Made by a program: the position numbers and the translations under genes. From contig OY969474.1 in assembly GCA_963700145.1 (NCBI GenBank), positions 4,256,001-4,320,000 of the forward strand: 64,000 nt of DNA, given 5' to 3'. Below the pieces are notes generated by a model, which ran no database searches, was not told where the DNA came from, and saw only the letters and a list, made by a program, of their open reading frames with translations. The stretch is from an uncultured Acidobacteriota bacterium (GTDB lineage: Bacteria; Acidobacteriota; Thermoanaerobaculia; Multivoradales; UBA5704). Of the stretch, positions 11,043 to 20,612 are shown in pieces. Numbering within the stretch: position 1 is the stretch's first letter; each line of letters begins with the position of its first letter.

Positions 11043-12270
11043 CTATGCGAACAGATCGTCACCGAAGCCATGACAGCCGCAAGTAGTTCTTCGGTCCGTC
11101 GTCAGTGTTGGCGGCCAGTGTCGCAGCTCCAGGAACCACAACGTCCTTCGAGTCCCAAGAGCTACCTGGCGATTCCCGACAGCGAGTAACCGCACGCCAG
11201 CAGGCGTCTGCGCCAGCCGAACGATCTGGCGCATGTCGCGGATGGAGTACAAGCCACCATTCTCCCCTGCCGCGATCACAGTGCGAGGGTCATAGCGGAA
11301 CAGCGCCGAAATCGGGGAGGGAATAACCTCCCCAGAAACGGCTATGCCTGGCGACGACGATGAGAGGGCTACAACGGCACCTTGACGGGTGCCGACCAAG
11401 ACCTCCTCAGCATCCGTTGCCGCGAATGTTGTTGGTTCGTAGATAGGAGGGTAACCTTGGTAATGACGCTGCGCAAGTGAAAGTCGCCAGTAGCCCTCTG
11501 CTGGATTGCCGACGACGAGAGTAGGTCCGTCCGCAACTAGCGCCCAATTTTGGGCCGGCAAAATAAAATCGGCTCCCTCCTGCACGAGCGAGGCCCTGTC
11601 AGTCCGCCAGATTCTAATTCTCGATATTCGCGGTAGCGTATCAGCCAAGATCACTACCAGTCGACTATTCCCCAAAAACGAAAGCGCCTGAATTGGGTAT
11701 TTAACTCGCACGTTGCGGTGCCTCGCAAGGTCGAGACCTCCAGGACTCTGCAGGTCCTGCACTCTTGCGAGCGTCAATACTCCCGCGAAGTGCCAAGCTA
11801 CAAGCGGTTCATGTGGTGAAACGGCATAGGGCAATCGATTTGATTCCGGAGCAAACGCAGCTGTCTCTGCCCACAGAGAGGCGCGTGGGCTGTGGAGGGC
11901 GATGCGAGTGCTATCCCCTATATTCAAAAGCCGCGCAAAAGGCACTATTTGCACGACTGGTGACTCTTTGTGCTCCAGTGGCCACGATGTTATAGACAGA
12001 GAGAGATTGTGCTCGAATACAGCCGTTACAACGCCGGCTGGAGAAATCCAAAGATCGGCCAGAGTCTTATCTGAGTTCTGGCCAGTAACGACGCGCAGGG
12101 TACCGGCCCGGAGAAATGAGGCTTCCTTAGAAAGATAGATGCAGAGGGTCGTGGAAATGAGTACGGCGAGGAGAACAACGACAAAATTTACTCTAACACG
12201 AGGGGACCAATCTTGGAGGAAGAGGGAAAAGCTGACGTTATTCCATACGCGGGAGAGCCAAGGGCGGGCG
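11043..12270 (-). CDS. membrane-anchored WD40/beta-propeller-like protein; start approximate
   Basis: N-terminal TM segment, then repeats such as IQALSF, VLVGTRQGAV, VIAAGENGGLY. Confidence 0.5.
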
Positions 12271-12276
12271 TCGTGA

Positions 12277-12858
12277 TTAATAGGTCCAGCCCCCATCACA
12301 AGTATCATCGCCATAGCTGACTTGGTTAGCGCACACGGTACGCGAACCGTATGCCAAGCAGCAGATTCCATTTCTCGATAATCCGTATGCAATACGCATA
12401 TCTGCCGGTGCGAAGTATCTCATGGCGTCCGGAAGCGGTCTGATGTCTGGAAAGCTCCAAGCCTCGATTCCGCGCACCTCGAAGCGAACATTGATAGGAG
12501 TAAATCTGATAGACCACCCTATGGGCACTACTCGCTCCTCGCCGAGCTGAGAGACCGACTCATCACCACTCGGTTCCTGGAAAACCTGCAACAGCATCAA
12601 TCGGGGCCGCTGCGTGCCATCATCGATTACAGGGCTGAGAACCAGATACCTCGATCCATCTTGCTCCTGTACGGTTGCCCATAGACCGTCGCGAATTACC
12701 ACTTGGGCTCGCGTGTTGTCGGAGAATGTGATCTGGCCCTTTATTACGAAATCGGAGCGCGGAACGGCGAAGGCTTGCTCCGCGACTAGCGGTGCCGCCG
12801 TAGCCGGAGTCAATGAAACGACGAGGCCGGTCAGCAGTCGTGAAAGAGATCGGAGCAT
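12277..12858 (-). CDS. secreted protein with C-terminal Cys cluster
   Basis: Signal-peptide-like N-terminus; C-terminus ICCLAYGSRTVCANQVSYGDDTC. Confidence 0.6.
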   Translation of the reverse strand: MLRSLSRLLTGLVVSLTPATAAPLVAEQAFAVPRSDFVIKGQITFSDNTRAQVVIRDGLWATVQEQDGSRYLVLSPVIDDGTQRPRLMLLQVFQEPSGDESVSQLGEERVVPIGWSIRFTPINVRFEVRGIEAWSFPDIRPLPDAMRYFAPADMRIAYGLSRNGICCLAYGSRTVCANQVSYGDDTCDGGWTY

Positions 12859-13109
12859 TAAGGTAAACCCAGACGGTGGCGGAGCGACGAGGTTGCGATT
12901 CCGCGGCTGGCATCGATGTTGGCGCGGGCCTCGGTCAAGCCGCCGTCGGCGTCGTCATCATGCGGCTCGTCGTCGAAAGGGGCGTGAAGGAGAGCGCGGC
13001 TCACCGGATCCCCAGTATCGCGCAGCGCCTCCAGCACGCGGAGCGCCGTCGGCAGGTCCTCCTCCGGAAGATCGTCGACGAGGCGACGGATGGCATCTCG
13101 CGGGCTCAT
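12858..13109 (-). CDS. small acidic antitoxin-like protein
   Basis: MSPRDAIRRLVDDLPEEDL...APFDDEP...EARANIDASRGI..LRHRLGL resembles antitoxins usually paired with RelE/ParE. Confidence 0.55.
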   Translation of the reverse strand: MSPRDAIRRLVDDLPEEDLPTALRVLEALRDTGDPVSRALLHAPFDDEPHDDDADGGLTEARANIDASRGIATSSLRHRLGLP

Positions 13110-13136
13110 GACCTTCAAGATCATACCCCCGACCAC

Positions 13137-14235
13137 CTACGCCGCCGGCGCCGGCAGCACCCCCTCGACCTCGAACTGCGCCCGCGGGTAGCGGTAGGCC
13201 TGATGCGCGAAGACGTTGCGCCGGGAGAACTCCACCGCCCGGCGCGCGGCCACGCAGTACCAGGTCCTCGGCGGCTCGGGGCATCAGGCTGGCGAAGGCC
13301 CGCGCCGTGAAGAGGCCGAAGTTGGCGCCCCCGTCCACGTCCCGCGCCGAGCGGTAGCGGAGGATCTCGACCCCCGCGGCGCGGAGGTCGCAGCCGAGCT
13401 GCTGCGATGCCTCGTAGGCGACCGGCGAGGATATCTCCGCCGCGAACGCGGCGAAGGGCTCGCGCGTCCAGGTCCACTCCGCGCTCGGTGAGCACCCGGG
13501 CACGAAACGCCGACACGTCCCCCATCACCGGCTCCAGCGCGGCGCGGCTCCCCTCGAGGAAGAACAGCCGGTAGTAGGCCGCCTCGGCGAAGGCCGTGAC
13601 CAGCTCCTCGGCGCCGTACCAGATGCCGCGCTCGGCGCGGGTGCCGAAGCGCAGGCCGTGGCGAAGCGGCGGATAGCGGAAGGGCGTCAGCAGCAGGTAG
13701 TGGAGCCGCTGCGCAGCTCGGGCTCCGGCGGCAGCAGCGGGTTTCGCCCGCTCGATCAGTTCCTCGAGGAGCTGCTGCTCGGCGTCCGAATCGACGAGCT
13801 TGCGGGTCTGGACGAGGTGCTGCGCTTCCACCACCCGCCAGGGGCGGGCTTCCAGCCTCCCGATCCAACCCTGGCCGCGCAGCGCGTCCAGATAGTCGGT
13901 GGCACGGACCAGGCCCTGGGCGGTCTGGATGAGCTCGGCGGGCACGCCCGACAGATGGTCGTTGTAAGCCCGCAGCCAGAGCCGGGACTTCTCGGAGTCG
14001 CCGCCCAAGAGGGCGTCGAGGCTGCGGAAGACCCGCAGGAAGAGGAGCGCCGGTTCCTCCTTGCTGGCGGGGTCGATGATCCGCCGGCCGGTCGTGATCC
14101 GGGATAGCGACGAAGCGCTGACCCCCAGCGCGGCAGCCGCTCCCGGCCCGAGCCGAGGAGGTCGGCTGCACGCTCGGTGGCCTTGGTCAGGACGGCCGGG
14201 GCTGAAGGCGAGGGCTCGGGCAGAGGGGCGCTCAT
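13137..14235 (-). CDS. MbcA/ParS/Xre antitoxin joined in frame to a RES-domain toxin, with indels
   Basis: Antitoxin LTKATERAADLLG...FRSLDALLGGD..WLRAYNDHL..PAELI; RES part WRVVEAQH, TPFRYPP, RFG..ERGIWYGAE, EAAYYR, YRSARD. Confidence 0.8.
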
Positions 14236-14276
14236 TTGCAGATGAAACTCTACAGGCAATCTATGCCGGATTGCAA

Positions 14277-14764
14277 TCAAGCCTCTCCGGCTTCCTTTAA
14301 CGCCCAGTGGATTAGCTCCGGCGTGACGCGAATGTTCGTCTTTTGGAGGGCCTCCAGCACCGGTAGCACAGATCCAATGGCTCCTGCCCGTTTTGCTCGG
14401 ACGACGAAACCGACGGTTCCGGTGAAGTGCAGGCTCGAGAGTGCGGCGGTCCTACGGGCGAGGCGATCGTCGAGGAGGAGCAAGGTGTCCGGATGTGCAA
14501 GGCCGAATGCGAGCGCTTGGGCTTTTTCGCCCGGACCGAGATCCACCAGTGCGGGAAGCAGCGTTCGCTCAGGCGGCGACTCGACCTGGAGCCAAGGGTG
14601 CTGCCAAGATCGGGGACCTCGATCCCGAAGTGCGAGCCAGCGAGCTCTTCCGCTACAGCGGTGGGCACAACGATGCGGCCATAGAGCTGCCGCAGGAGAT
14701 CGGCGTTGGCCTATCTGGTGGAGGTAGTGGGGGAGGTGTTGCTGACCACGAGGCGGTCAGGCAT
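14277..14764 (-). CDS. DUF3368-family PIN-like toxin, frameshifted
   Basis: MPDRLVVSNTSP..., VPTAVAEEL, DLGPGEKAQALA, LLLDDRLARR, TGTVG. Confidence 0.8.
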
Positions 14765-15008
14765 TCAAGACGTCCTGCCGCAACTCCTCCTCGGTCAGTT
14801 GAAAGGGCGTGACGCCATGTCGCCCGAGAGCCATCAAGAAGGCCACCCGCGGAATGCCTGCGAGTTGGGCCGCTCGGCCCGAGGAAAGCCTGCCCAGCTC
14901 GAATAGCTTCACGGCGGTGAGGAGCCGCATTTCCTCACCAAAAGCCTCAGCGTCGGTCTTCAGACTGACGAGTGTCTCGTCAGGCACGTCGATGCGGACG
15001 GTGCTCAT
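14757..15008 (-). CDS. UPF0175-family antitoxin
   Basis: AVKLFELGRLSSGRAAQLAGIPRVAFL; overlaps the DUF3368 start. Confidence 0.88.
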   Translation of the reverse strand: MSTVRIDVPDETLVSLKTDAEAFGEEMRLLTAVKLFELGRLSSGRAAQLAGIPRVAFLMALGRHGVTPFQLTEEELRQDVLNA

Positions 15009-15078
15009 GCGCCTACCTTATACGCTATAAGCCCGGGGCGCCCCGCGTTTCTGCGGAGCGCCCGGGGCCGGACCTTCC

Positions 15079-15429
15079 TTACTCCTTCTCGTCGATCGCG
15101 TTGGCGAGGTTCAGTTCGGCCATTGTTTGAGGCCGCGGCCGGGGCGGCTGGCGGTGTGGAGCGTGACGCCCCCAGGGCGCAGGTTGCGCAGGTAGGCGCG
15201 CAGCCCGCCTCGTCGGCGGGCCGGCGACGTACTCGACGAACGACGTGATCGAGTTGCGGCCCGGCAGCGCGTAGCGGCGCATGATCGCCGTCCCGCCGAA
15301 GGCCAGCCTCCAGCCGGGCATGTCGTGCAGCAGCTCCTGGATGCGCTCGGCCTTGAGCTGCTCCTTGATGGGGCCCGGCGCCGCCGCCGGCGCCGGGGTC
15401 CTTGCCACGATTGCGGTGGCTCGTTTCAT
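15079..15429 (-). CDS. pterin-4a-carbinolamine dehydratase-like small protein, indels in 3' half
   Basis: LKAERIQELLHDMPGWRL..GTAIMRRYALP...FVEYVA; GGAGG upstream. Confidence 0.55.
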   Translation of the reverse strand: MKRATAIVARTPAPAAAPGPIKEQLKAERIQELLHDMPGWRLAFGGTAIMRRYALPGRNSITSFVEYVAGPPTRRAARLPAQPAPWGRHAPHRQPPRPRPQTMAELNLANAIDEKE

Positions 15430-15535
15430 CGCGTCCTCCTTCCGTTGAGTCAAGCCTCCGCGGCTTGATCGCCGCGGCGGCAGCCAGTGGCTCGTAGAGC
15501 CATAGCTGTCGCCATGCCACCACTGACTTACGCGC

Positions 15536-15558
15536 AAAAGTCAATAGTCTTGACTTTT
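15536..15558. promoter_or_regulatory. inverted repeat made of two back-to-back TTGACT hexamers
   Basis: AAAAGTCAA-TAGTC-TTGACTTTT between divergent genes. Confidence 0.6.
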
Positions 15559-15739
15559 TGGATAACAGGGCCGATACTCCGCTCCGTTTTTCGCCCGCTT
15601 GGGCGGAGGAGGGACCGTGAGAGCAGCGCGGGGCGCCAATGGGGGCGTTCGAGAGACGACGGGAGGGCTCGGGCCGACGATCCGCGGGCTCGATCCGGCG
15701 CTTGGGCCGCCTTTAGCGCGGATGGGCCCCGTTCGCGGC

Positions 15740-15928
15740 CGTACCCGTCCCATTCGCGCGCGGACCTTCCCCAATCGCCGGCGTACCCGTCCCAATCGCG
15801 CGCGTACCTTCCCCATTCGTCGCCGTACCTTCCCCATTTGCGGCTGTACCTTCCCCAATCGCCGGCGTACCTGCTCCATTCGCGCGCGTACCCGTCCCAA
15901 TCGCCGCCGTACCTGTCCCCATCGCGCC
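15740..15928 (+). repeat. tandem array of nine degenerate 21-bp units
   Basis: Consensus about CGTACCYKYCCCAWTCGCSSG, e.g. cgtacccgtcccaatcgcgcg and cgtaccttccccattcgtcgc. Confidence 0.9.
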
Positions 15929-16043
15929 GCGCGCGGCGGTGTCGCGGGCCCCCGGCGCCCATCGCTCGGACAGGTTCGGTTCCGCGGCACGGGGTGTCGC
16001 CGTCCGCGGTTTTCTTCCACCCATTCGTGAAAGGAGGTACCCA

Positions 16044-16418
16044 ATGGCGGCAACGGGAAACAGTTTCGCGGAGCGCTTCGCCCGCTGGCAGGTGATGGCC
16101 GACAACCTGCGGGAGGTCGAGGGGTTCGCTCACATCACGGCCGACCACCAACTGCTCCAGGAGCGGCTCGCCGAGGCGCGCGTGCTCGAGGGGCGGGTCG
16201 AGGACTTGCGCTCGCAGTTCCGGACGGTGACCGCCCGGATGCGCAAGCTCGCCGTGGAGGGCGACACCATCCGCGGGCGCATCACCGCCAACCTGCAGGG
16301 CCGGTACGGCTTCACCGGCGAGACGCTGATCCGCTACGGCGTCACGCCGCGGCGGCCGCCGCGCCGGCGCTCGAAGAGAAGGAGACGCCCGAGGCGCCGA
16401 CGACGAAGGCGGGGGTGA
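16044..16418 (+). CDS. coiled-coil hypothetical protein with basic tail
   Basis: Strong SD AAGGAGG; helical ORF ending LQGRYGFTGETLIRYGVTPRR. Confidence 0.7.
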   Translation: MAATGNSFAERFARWQVMADNLREVEGFAHITADHQLLQERLAEARVLEGRVEDLRSQFRTVTARMRKLAVEGDTIRGRITANLQGRYGFTGETLIRYGVTPRRPPRRRSKRRRRPRRRRRRRG

Positions 16419-16974
16419 CGCAGCTCCCTGCCGCGTAGCCGACGTCCACCCAACCCCGGCGCGGCGGGCGTGTCGCAAGCGCGCCGCCGCGCCGTTTCAT
16501 TCGCCGCGAGGAACCGACGATGCCGGGACAACGGCCTTGAGCCCACCCACACGTTGCGCGAGACCGTCCGCCGCTGGCTGGAGGCCGCGGGGTAGACGCT
16601 CGAGGAGCAGGACCGCGCCCTCGGCGCCGTCCTGGCGGAAAGCGCAGACTACACGCTGGATCGCGAGGGTCACTCGCGAGCCCTTCTTCATGCTCGTAGC
16701 GGAGCCCGTGGCGGCGCCCGAGCGGCTCTTCGTCTGCCGGGCCTTCTCGCTCGAGCTGCCCGAGCGCGATCGGATCGACGCCCTCGACCACGGCACGCGC
16801 ATCCGACTCACCTGGGACCTCCTGAGCAGCTCAATCTCCTCGAGGTCGACTACATGATCGGCACGCCGGTGCCGCACGAGTCCTGCTCTTCGTCTGCGCC
16901 CGCGCGCGGGGGCGCGCGATTTTCTGCTACGGCACCTGCCACGCCTCTCCACCGCTTTCCGCCTGGTTTCTCGC

Positions 16975-18375
16975 CTACGCCAGGCCCTCGGTACGCTCTT
17001 CGGAGCGCCCGAGACGCCGACGGTCCACTGAGCTAGCTCGCAGCTCGAGCACCTGCCCGGTCAGCATCAGGAGCCCGGCCCGGAAGCTCCCGGCCGGCAG
17101 CTCGCGCAGCACCTCGCGCCAGACCTCGGCGACGAGCTGGCGGTCGGTCCTGCCGGCCGCGGCCGCGTCGTACAGGCGGCGCAGCGCCGCGCGCACCCTG
17201 GAGGGCAACGCGCGGGCGCGCACCAGCGGCGCGAGCTTCGGCGCCATCCGCATCAGCTCACGCCGGCGGCCGCGCCAGATCCAGAGGCTTGCCAGGTGAA
17301 CCCCGGCGACCGCCGCCGCCTCGGGTGACCCCGCGCCGAGCGCCTCCGCGAACGCCGCGGTGAGCCGCCGGCTCGGCCTCCTCCGCCCGGCCGGCGAGCG
17401 CCGCCGCCTGCGCGCCGGTCACCCTGAGGACGGCGCGGAGCGCCAGGTGGTCAACGTGCGCCAGGGTCCGCCCGCTCCAGCACCGCCTCGGACTGCTCGG
17501 CGCGGTCGAAGCGGAGGAGGAGCTGCGCGAGGGCCGCCGGCCGCGTCGCCGCCGCCGGGTCGGCCACGCGGCTCGACGGCAAGAACGAGCGCGAGAAGAG
17601 CCCCACGGCGCGCTCCAAGTCCCCGAGGTCGGCGTAGAGCGTGCCCTGCTCTTCGAGCGCCAGGCTCTGTCGCCGCCTCGCCGCACTCCTCGAAGAGCGT
17701 CACCGCGCGCTGGTAGAGCGCCAGCGCTTCGGGCACGCGCTTCCCGGCGCGGCGGAAGCCGGCGAGCCGGCGCGCCAGGACCGCGGCCTCGAAGGAGTCC
17801 TGCTCTTCGAGGAGGTCCGAGGCGGTGCGGAAGGCGAGCTCCGCGCTTGACACCTCGCCGCGACGCTGGAGCGCCTGGCCCACGAGCGTGTAGCCGCTGC
17901 TCTGGAGGTCGCGCGCGGCGGCGCCCGGCGGCAACCGCTGGAGCAGGGTCAGCGCGAGCCGCGCCAACTCCTCGGCGGCGTCGGGCTGCGTCTCGGCGGC
18001 CTGACCGCCGCGCTCGAGGAGCGTCAGGACGACGGCGGCCGTGTGGAACCGCTCCTCGGTGCGGAGGGCGAGCGAGCGCTGCTCCCGCGGCAGCGCCAGG
18101 AGCTCGTCGACGAGCGGCCCGGCCGCCGCCCGCTCCGCCGCGATCGCCGCGGCCTGCGCCTCCCAGCGCCGGGCGAGCCGCGGCCAGACCCGGTCGAGCT
18201 CCGGCGCGCTGGCCGCCGGCGCCACGCCGGCCGCGGTCTGCGCGAGCTGCCCGGCGATCGGCCGCGCGAGCTTGCGGCAGCGCGGGCAGGCGAGGAGGTG
18301 CCCGAGGACGCCCGCCTGGCGCTCGGTCAGCGATGTCACGAACGGCAACAGCTCGCCCTCTCGGAAGTGCTCCAT
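16975..18375 (-). CDS. ZAS/zf-HC2-like finger + TPR protein, frameshifts in 3' half
   Basis: MEH...GHLLACPRC, then helical repeats (AEELARLAL, EALALYQRAVTLFEECGE); the 16975-17253 ORF looks like its C-terminus. Confidence 0.7.
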
Positions 18376-18655
18376 CGGCTCTCCTTCCCGCGTCGGTCCC
18401 GTTGCTGGTGGGGCGCTCTCTGCGCTCCAAAGAGTAACAACTATGGTGTACTGTGCCATAGTGTTGCCTACCAAAGCAAGAAGGTGTGAGTTGGTAGATA
18501 GGCATCTCGACGCCCACGGCCCAGGCAGTGCCTTGGGCGGCGGGGCGGCGCATCGAGTTACGCGGTCGGCACTAACCTCTTGGAAACAGGAGACATCCCG
18601 CGGGCGCCGCGGCCATCCCGGCCGCCCGGCGGTCCCGCCGGGAGAGGAGGTTGCG

Positions 18656-18896
18656 ATGTCGCGTCGAAAGATCGTGGTCAGCGTTGGGGTGCTGGCGGTG
18701 GCGACGTTTCTCGCCGTGTCGGGGCCTGCGCAGGCCCTCGGACCGCGGGCCGGCGGAAGGACGTCACCCGCCTGGTCCAGGGCTTGGCAGGCCGTCTCGA
18801 TGCTCTGGCAGGGGGCGCTCCAGCGCGTCGGGCTGGGGCCGGTAACCGCGCAAGGAGACGAAGGAGGTGGGGTGGACCCGTACCGGCAAGAACTAG
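18656..18896 (+). CDS. small secreted peptide precursor (~79 aa) ending GDEGGGVDP(x)G; one extra base before TAG 18894-18896
   Basis: SD GAGAGGAGG; signal peptide MSRRK-hydrophobic-AQA; Trp-rich spacer AWSRAWQAVSMLW. Confidence 0.7.
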
Positions 18897-18968
18897 CGTC
18901 ACCGAGCATCCGGCTCTGTGGCAGAATACGCGGCGCTAATCTGCTCAAAGCCGGAGACAAACTACCGC

Positions 18969-20414
18969 TTGCGCGAGCACCCGACGCCCCAAACCCTCGA
19001 CCGCTTCTTGCGCGGAGAGCTGCCGGCGACCGAGGGCGTCGGCGTGCTCCAGCACCTCGTCCGCGGCTGCCGCCCTTGCCTGGCGGCCGTCTCGCGGCAT
19101 CTCTATGGGACCGGGCAGCCGAAGGACCTCGACGGCGCCGGGCAGATCTACGACGCCGTTTTCGATCGCGCTTTCGGCATCGACGGCAAGGCCGCCAAAG
19201 ACCGCCGGAAAGAAGCACGCCTCGTCGAGGAGGCGTACACCGCGCTCGTGGCCGAGGGGCCTTCCGGGATCTTCCGTGCTTCCGTCCGCCGCTTCGACAG
19301 CCTGACGTTTTGTCGCGCTTTTCTGCGCCGGAGCTGGGAGCTGCGGCACGAAGACCCTGCCAAGATGCTGCACTTCGCGCGGCTCGCTGTCATGGCCTCA
19401 AGCTTCCTCAAGGTCGAGCGCCTCGGCAAGGCGAAGGTCGCCGACCTCCAGGCCCGCGCTCTCGCGGAGCAGGCGAACGCGCAGCGCATCAACGGCGATC
19501 TGGCGGGCGCGCAGAGGGCCATAGAGCAGGCTCTCGAGCTGCGGCGGGGTGGCACGCAGGATCCCTTCCTCGGAGCTCACCTGCTCACGATTCAGGCCAC
19601 GATCTTCGTCAGCAGGCGCCGCTTCCCGGAGGCGCTGGAGCTCCTGGAGGGAGTCGAGAGGACCTACGCTGCGTTCGGCAAACACCACGAGGCGGGCCAA
19701 GCCGCCGTTCAACGAGGTCTCTACACAGGTTACGGCGGCGATGCCGAGGAGGCGGTGCGCCTCCTGCGCCGCGGGCTAGGCCTCATCGACGAGACGGCGG
19801 ACCCCCAACTCGCATTGGTCGCAGTCCACAACATCGCGTGGTTCCTGATGGAGTCCGGCCGGCACACTGAATCTCGCATTCTGCTCTTCAGGAACAGAGC
19901 GCGCTACAACCAGCACGCCGACCGCATCATCCTCCTGAAGCGCACTTGGCTCGAGGGGCGTATCGCCGCTGGACTAGGGAACTTCGACCGTGCCGCTAAG
20001 CGCTTGGCCGAAGCGATGCAAGGCTTCGAAGAAGCCGAGCTCGGCTACCAGGCCGCCCTCGCCGCCCTCGACCTGGCCGCTGTCTGGCTTGAGCAAAACC
20101 ACTCGCCGATGGCCGCCACCCTCGTCGAGCAAGCCGCCGAGACCTTCACCGCGATCGGCGTCAACCGCGAAGCCATCGGCGCCCTCATCCTCCTCCAGAA
20201 AGCCTGCGAAAAAGGCCTAGCCACCGCCGCCTGGGTCCACCGCCTAACCACCCACCTCCGCCCCCTGGAGTACGATTCCTACGACCCGTTTCAATCAAGA
20301 GTAGGTACGGAGAGCCACCGAGCGAGGGCTCAATGCCCTAGCCCCTCGCCTGCTGACAAGTCAGCGTCAGTGCCCAAGGAGCCTGGCGAGTCGGCGACGC
20401 GGAGCCGGTGCTGA
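18969..20414 (+). CDS. ZAS/zf-HC2-like finger + TPR protein
   Basis: EHPTPQTLDRFLRGEL...QHLVRGCRPC; TPR-like helices (EALELLEGVERTY, AVHNIAWFL, WLEGRIAAGLG, ALAALDLAAVW). Confidence 0.8.
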   Translation: MREHPTPQTLDRFLRGELPATEGVGVLQHLVRGCRPCLAAVSRHLYGTGQPKDLDGAGQIYDAVFDRAFGIDGKAAKDRRKEARLVEEAYTALVAEGPSGIFRASVRRFDSLTFCRAFLRRSWELRHEDPAKMLHFARLAVMASSFLKVERLGKAKVADLQARALAEQANAQRINGDLAGAQRAIEQALELRRGGTQDPFLGAHLLTIQATIFVSRRRFPEALELLEGVERTYAAFGKHHEAGQAAVQRGLYTGYGGDAEEAVRLLRRGLGLIDETADPQLALVAVHNIAWFLMESGRHTESRILLFRNRARYNQHADRIILLKRTWLEGRIAAGLGNFDRAAKRLAEAMQGFEEAELGYQAALAALDLAAVWLEQNHSPMAATLVEQAAETFTAIGVNREAIGALILLQKACEKGLATAAWVHRLTTHLRPLEYDSYDPFQSRVGTESHRARAQCPSPSPADKSASVPKEPGESATRSRC

Positions 20415-20612
20415 GAACCGTTGCCGTTCGAGCGGCCTGGTGAAGTCCAGTGGCGCGGGAAGACCCCATAGGGCCGCCTGCTTGACCAAGGCACTTTTCT
20501 CAGCTACTGTAAAGTCCTCGACTGCGGCCTTTGACTGACACGCCCGGCGAGCGATATCTAGCTCGCGCGCACGCCACATTACTAGAGCAACAAACCCAGG
20601 ACACCAGCGCTC

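Noticed and set aside
15740-15928. 21-bp array as CRISPR
   Set aside because: Units are contiguous with no unique spacers, and no cas genes are in the window.
16520-16900. Possible decayed HTH-like gene
   Set aside because: In-frame stop and shifts; similarity too weak to name.
18041-19870. 609-aa ORF spanning the peptide gene
   Set aside because: Arg/Pro/Ala-rich shadow sequence; only 18656-18890 looks coding.
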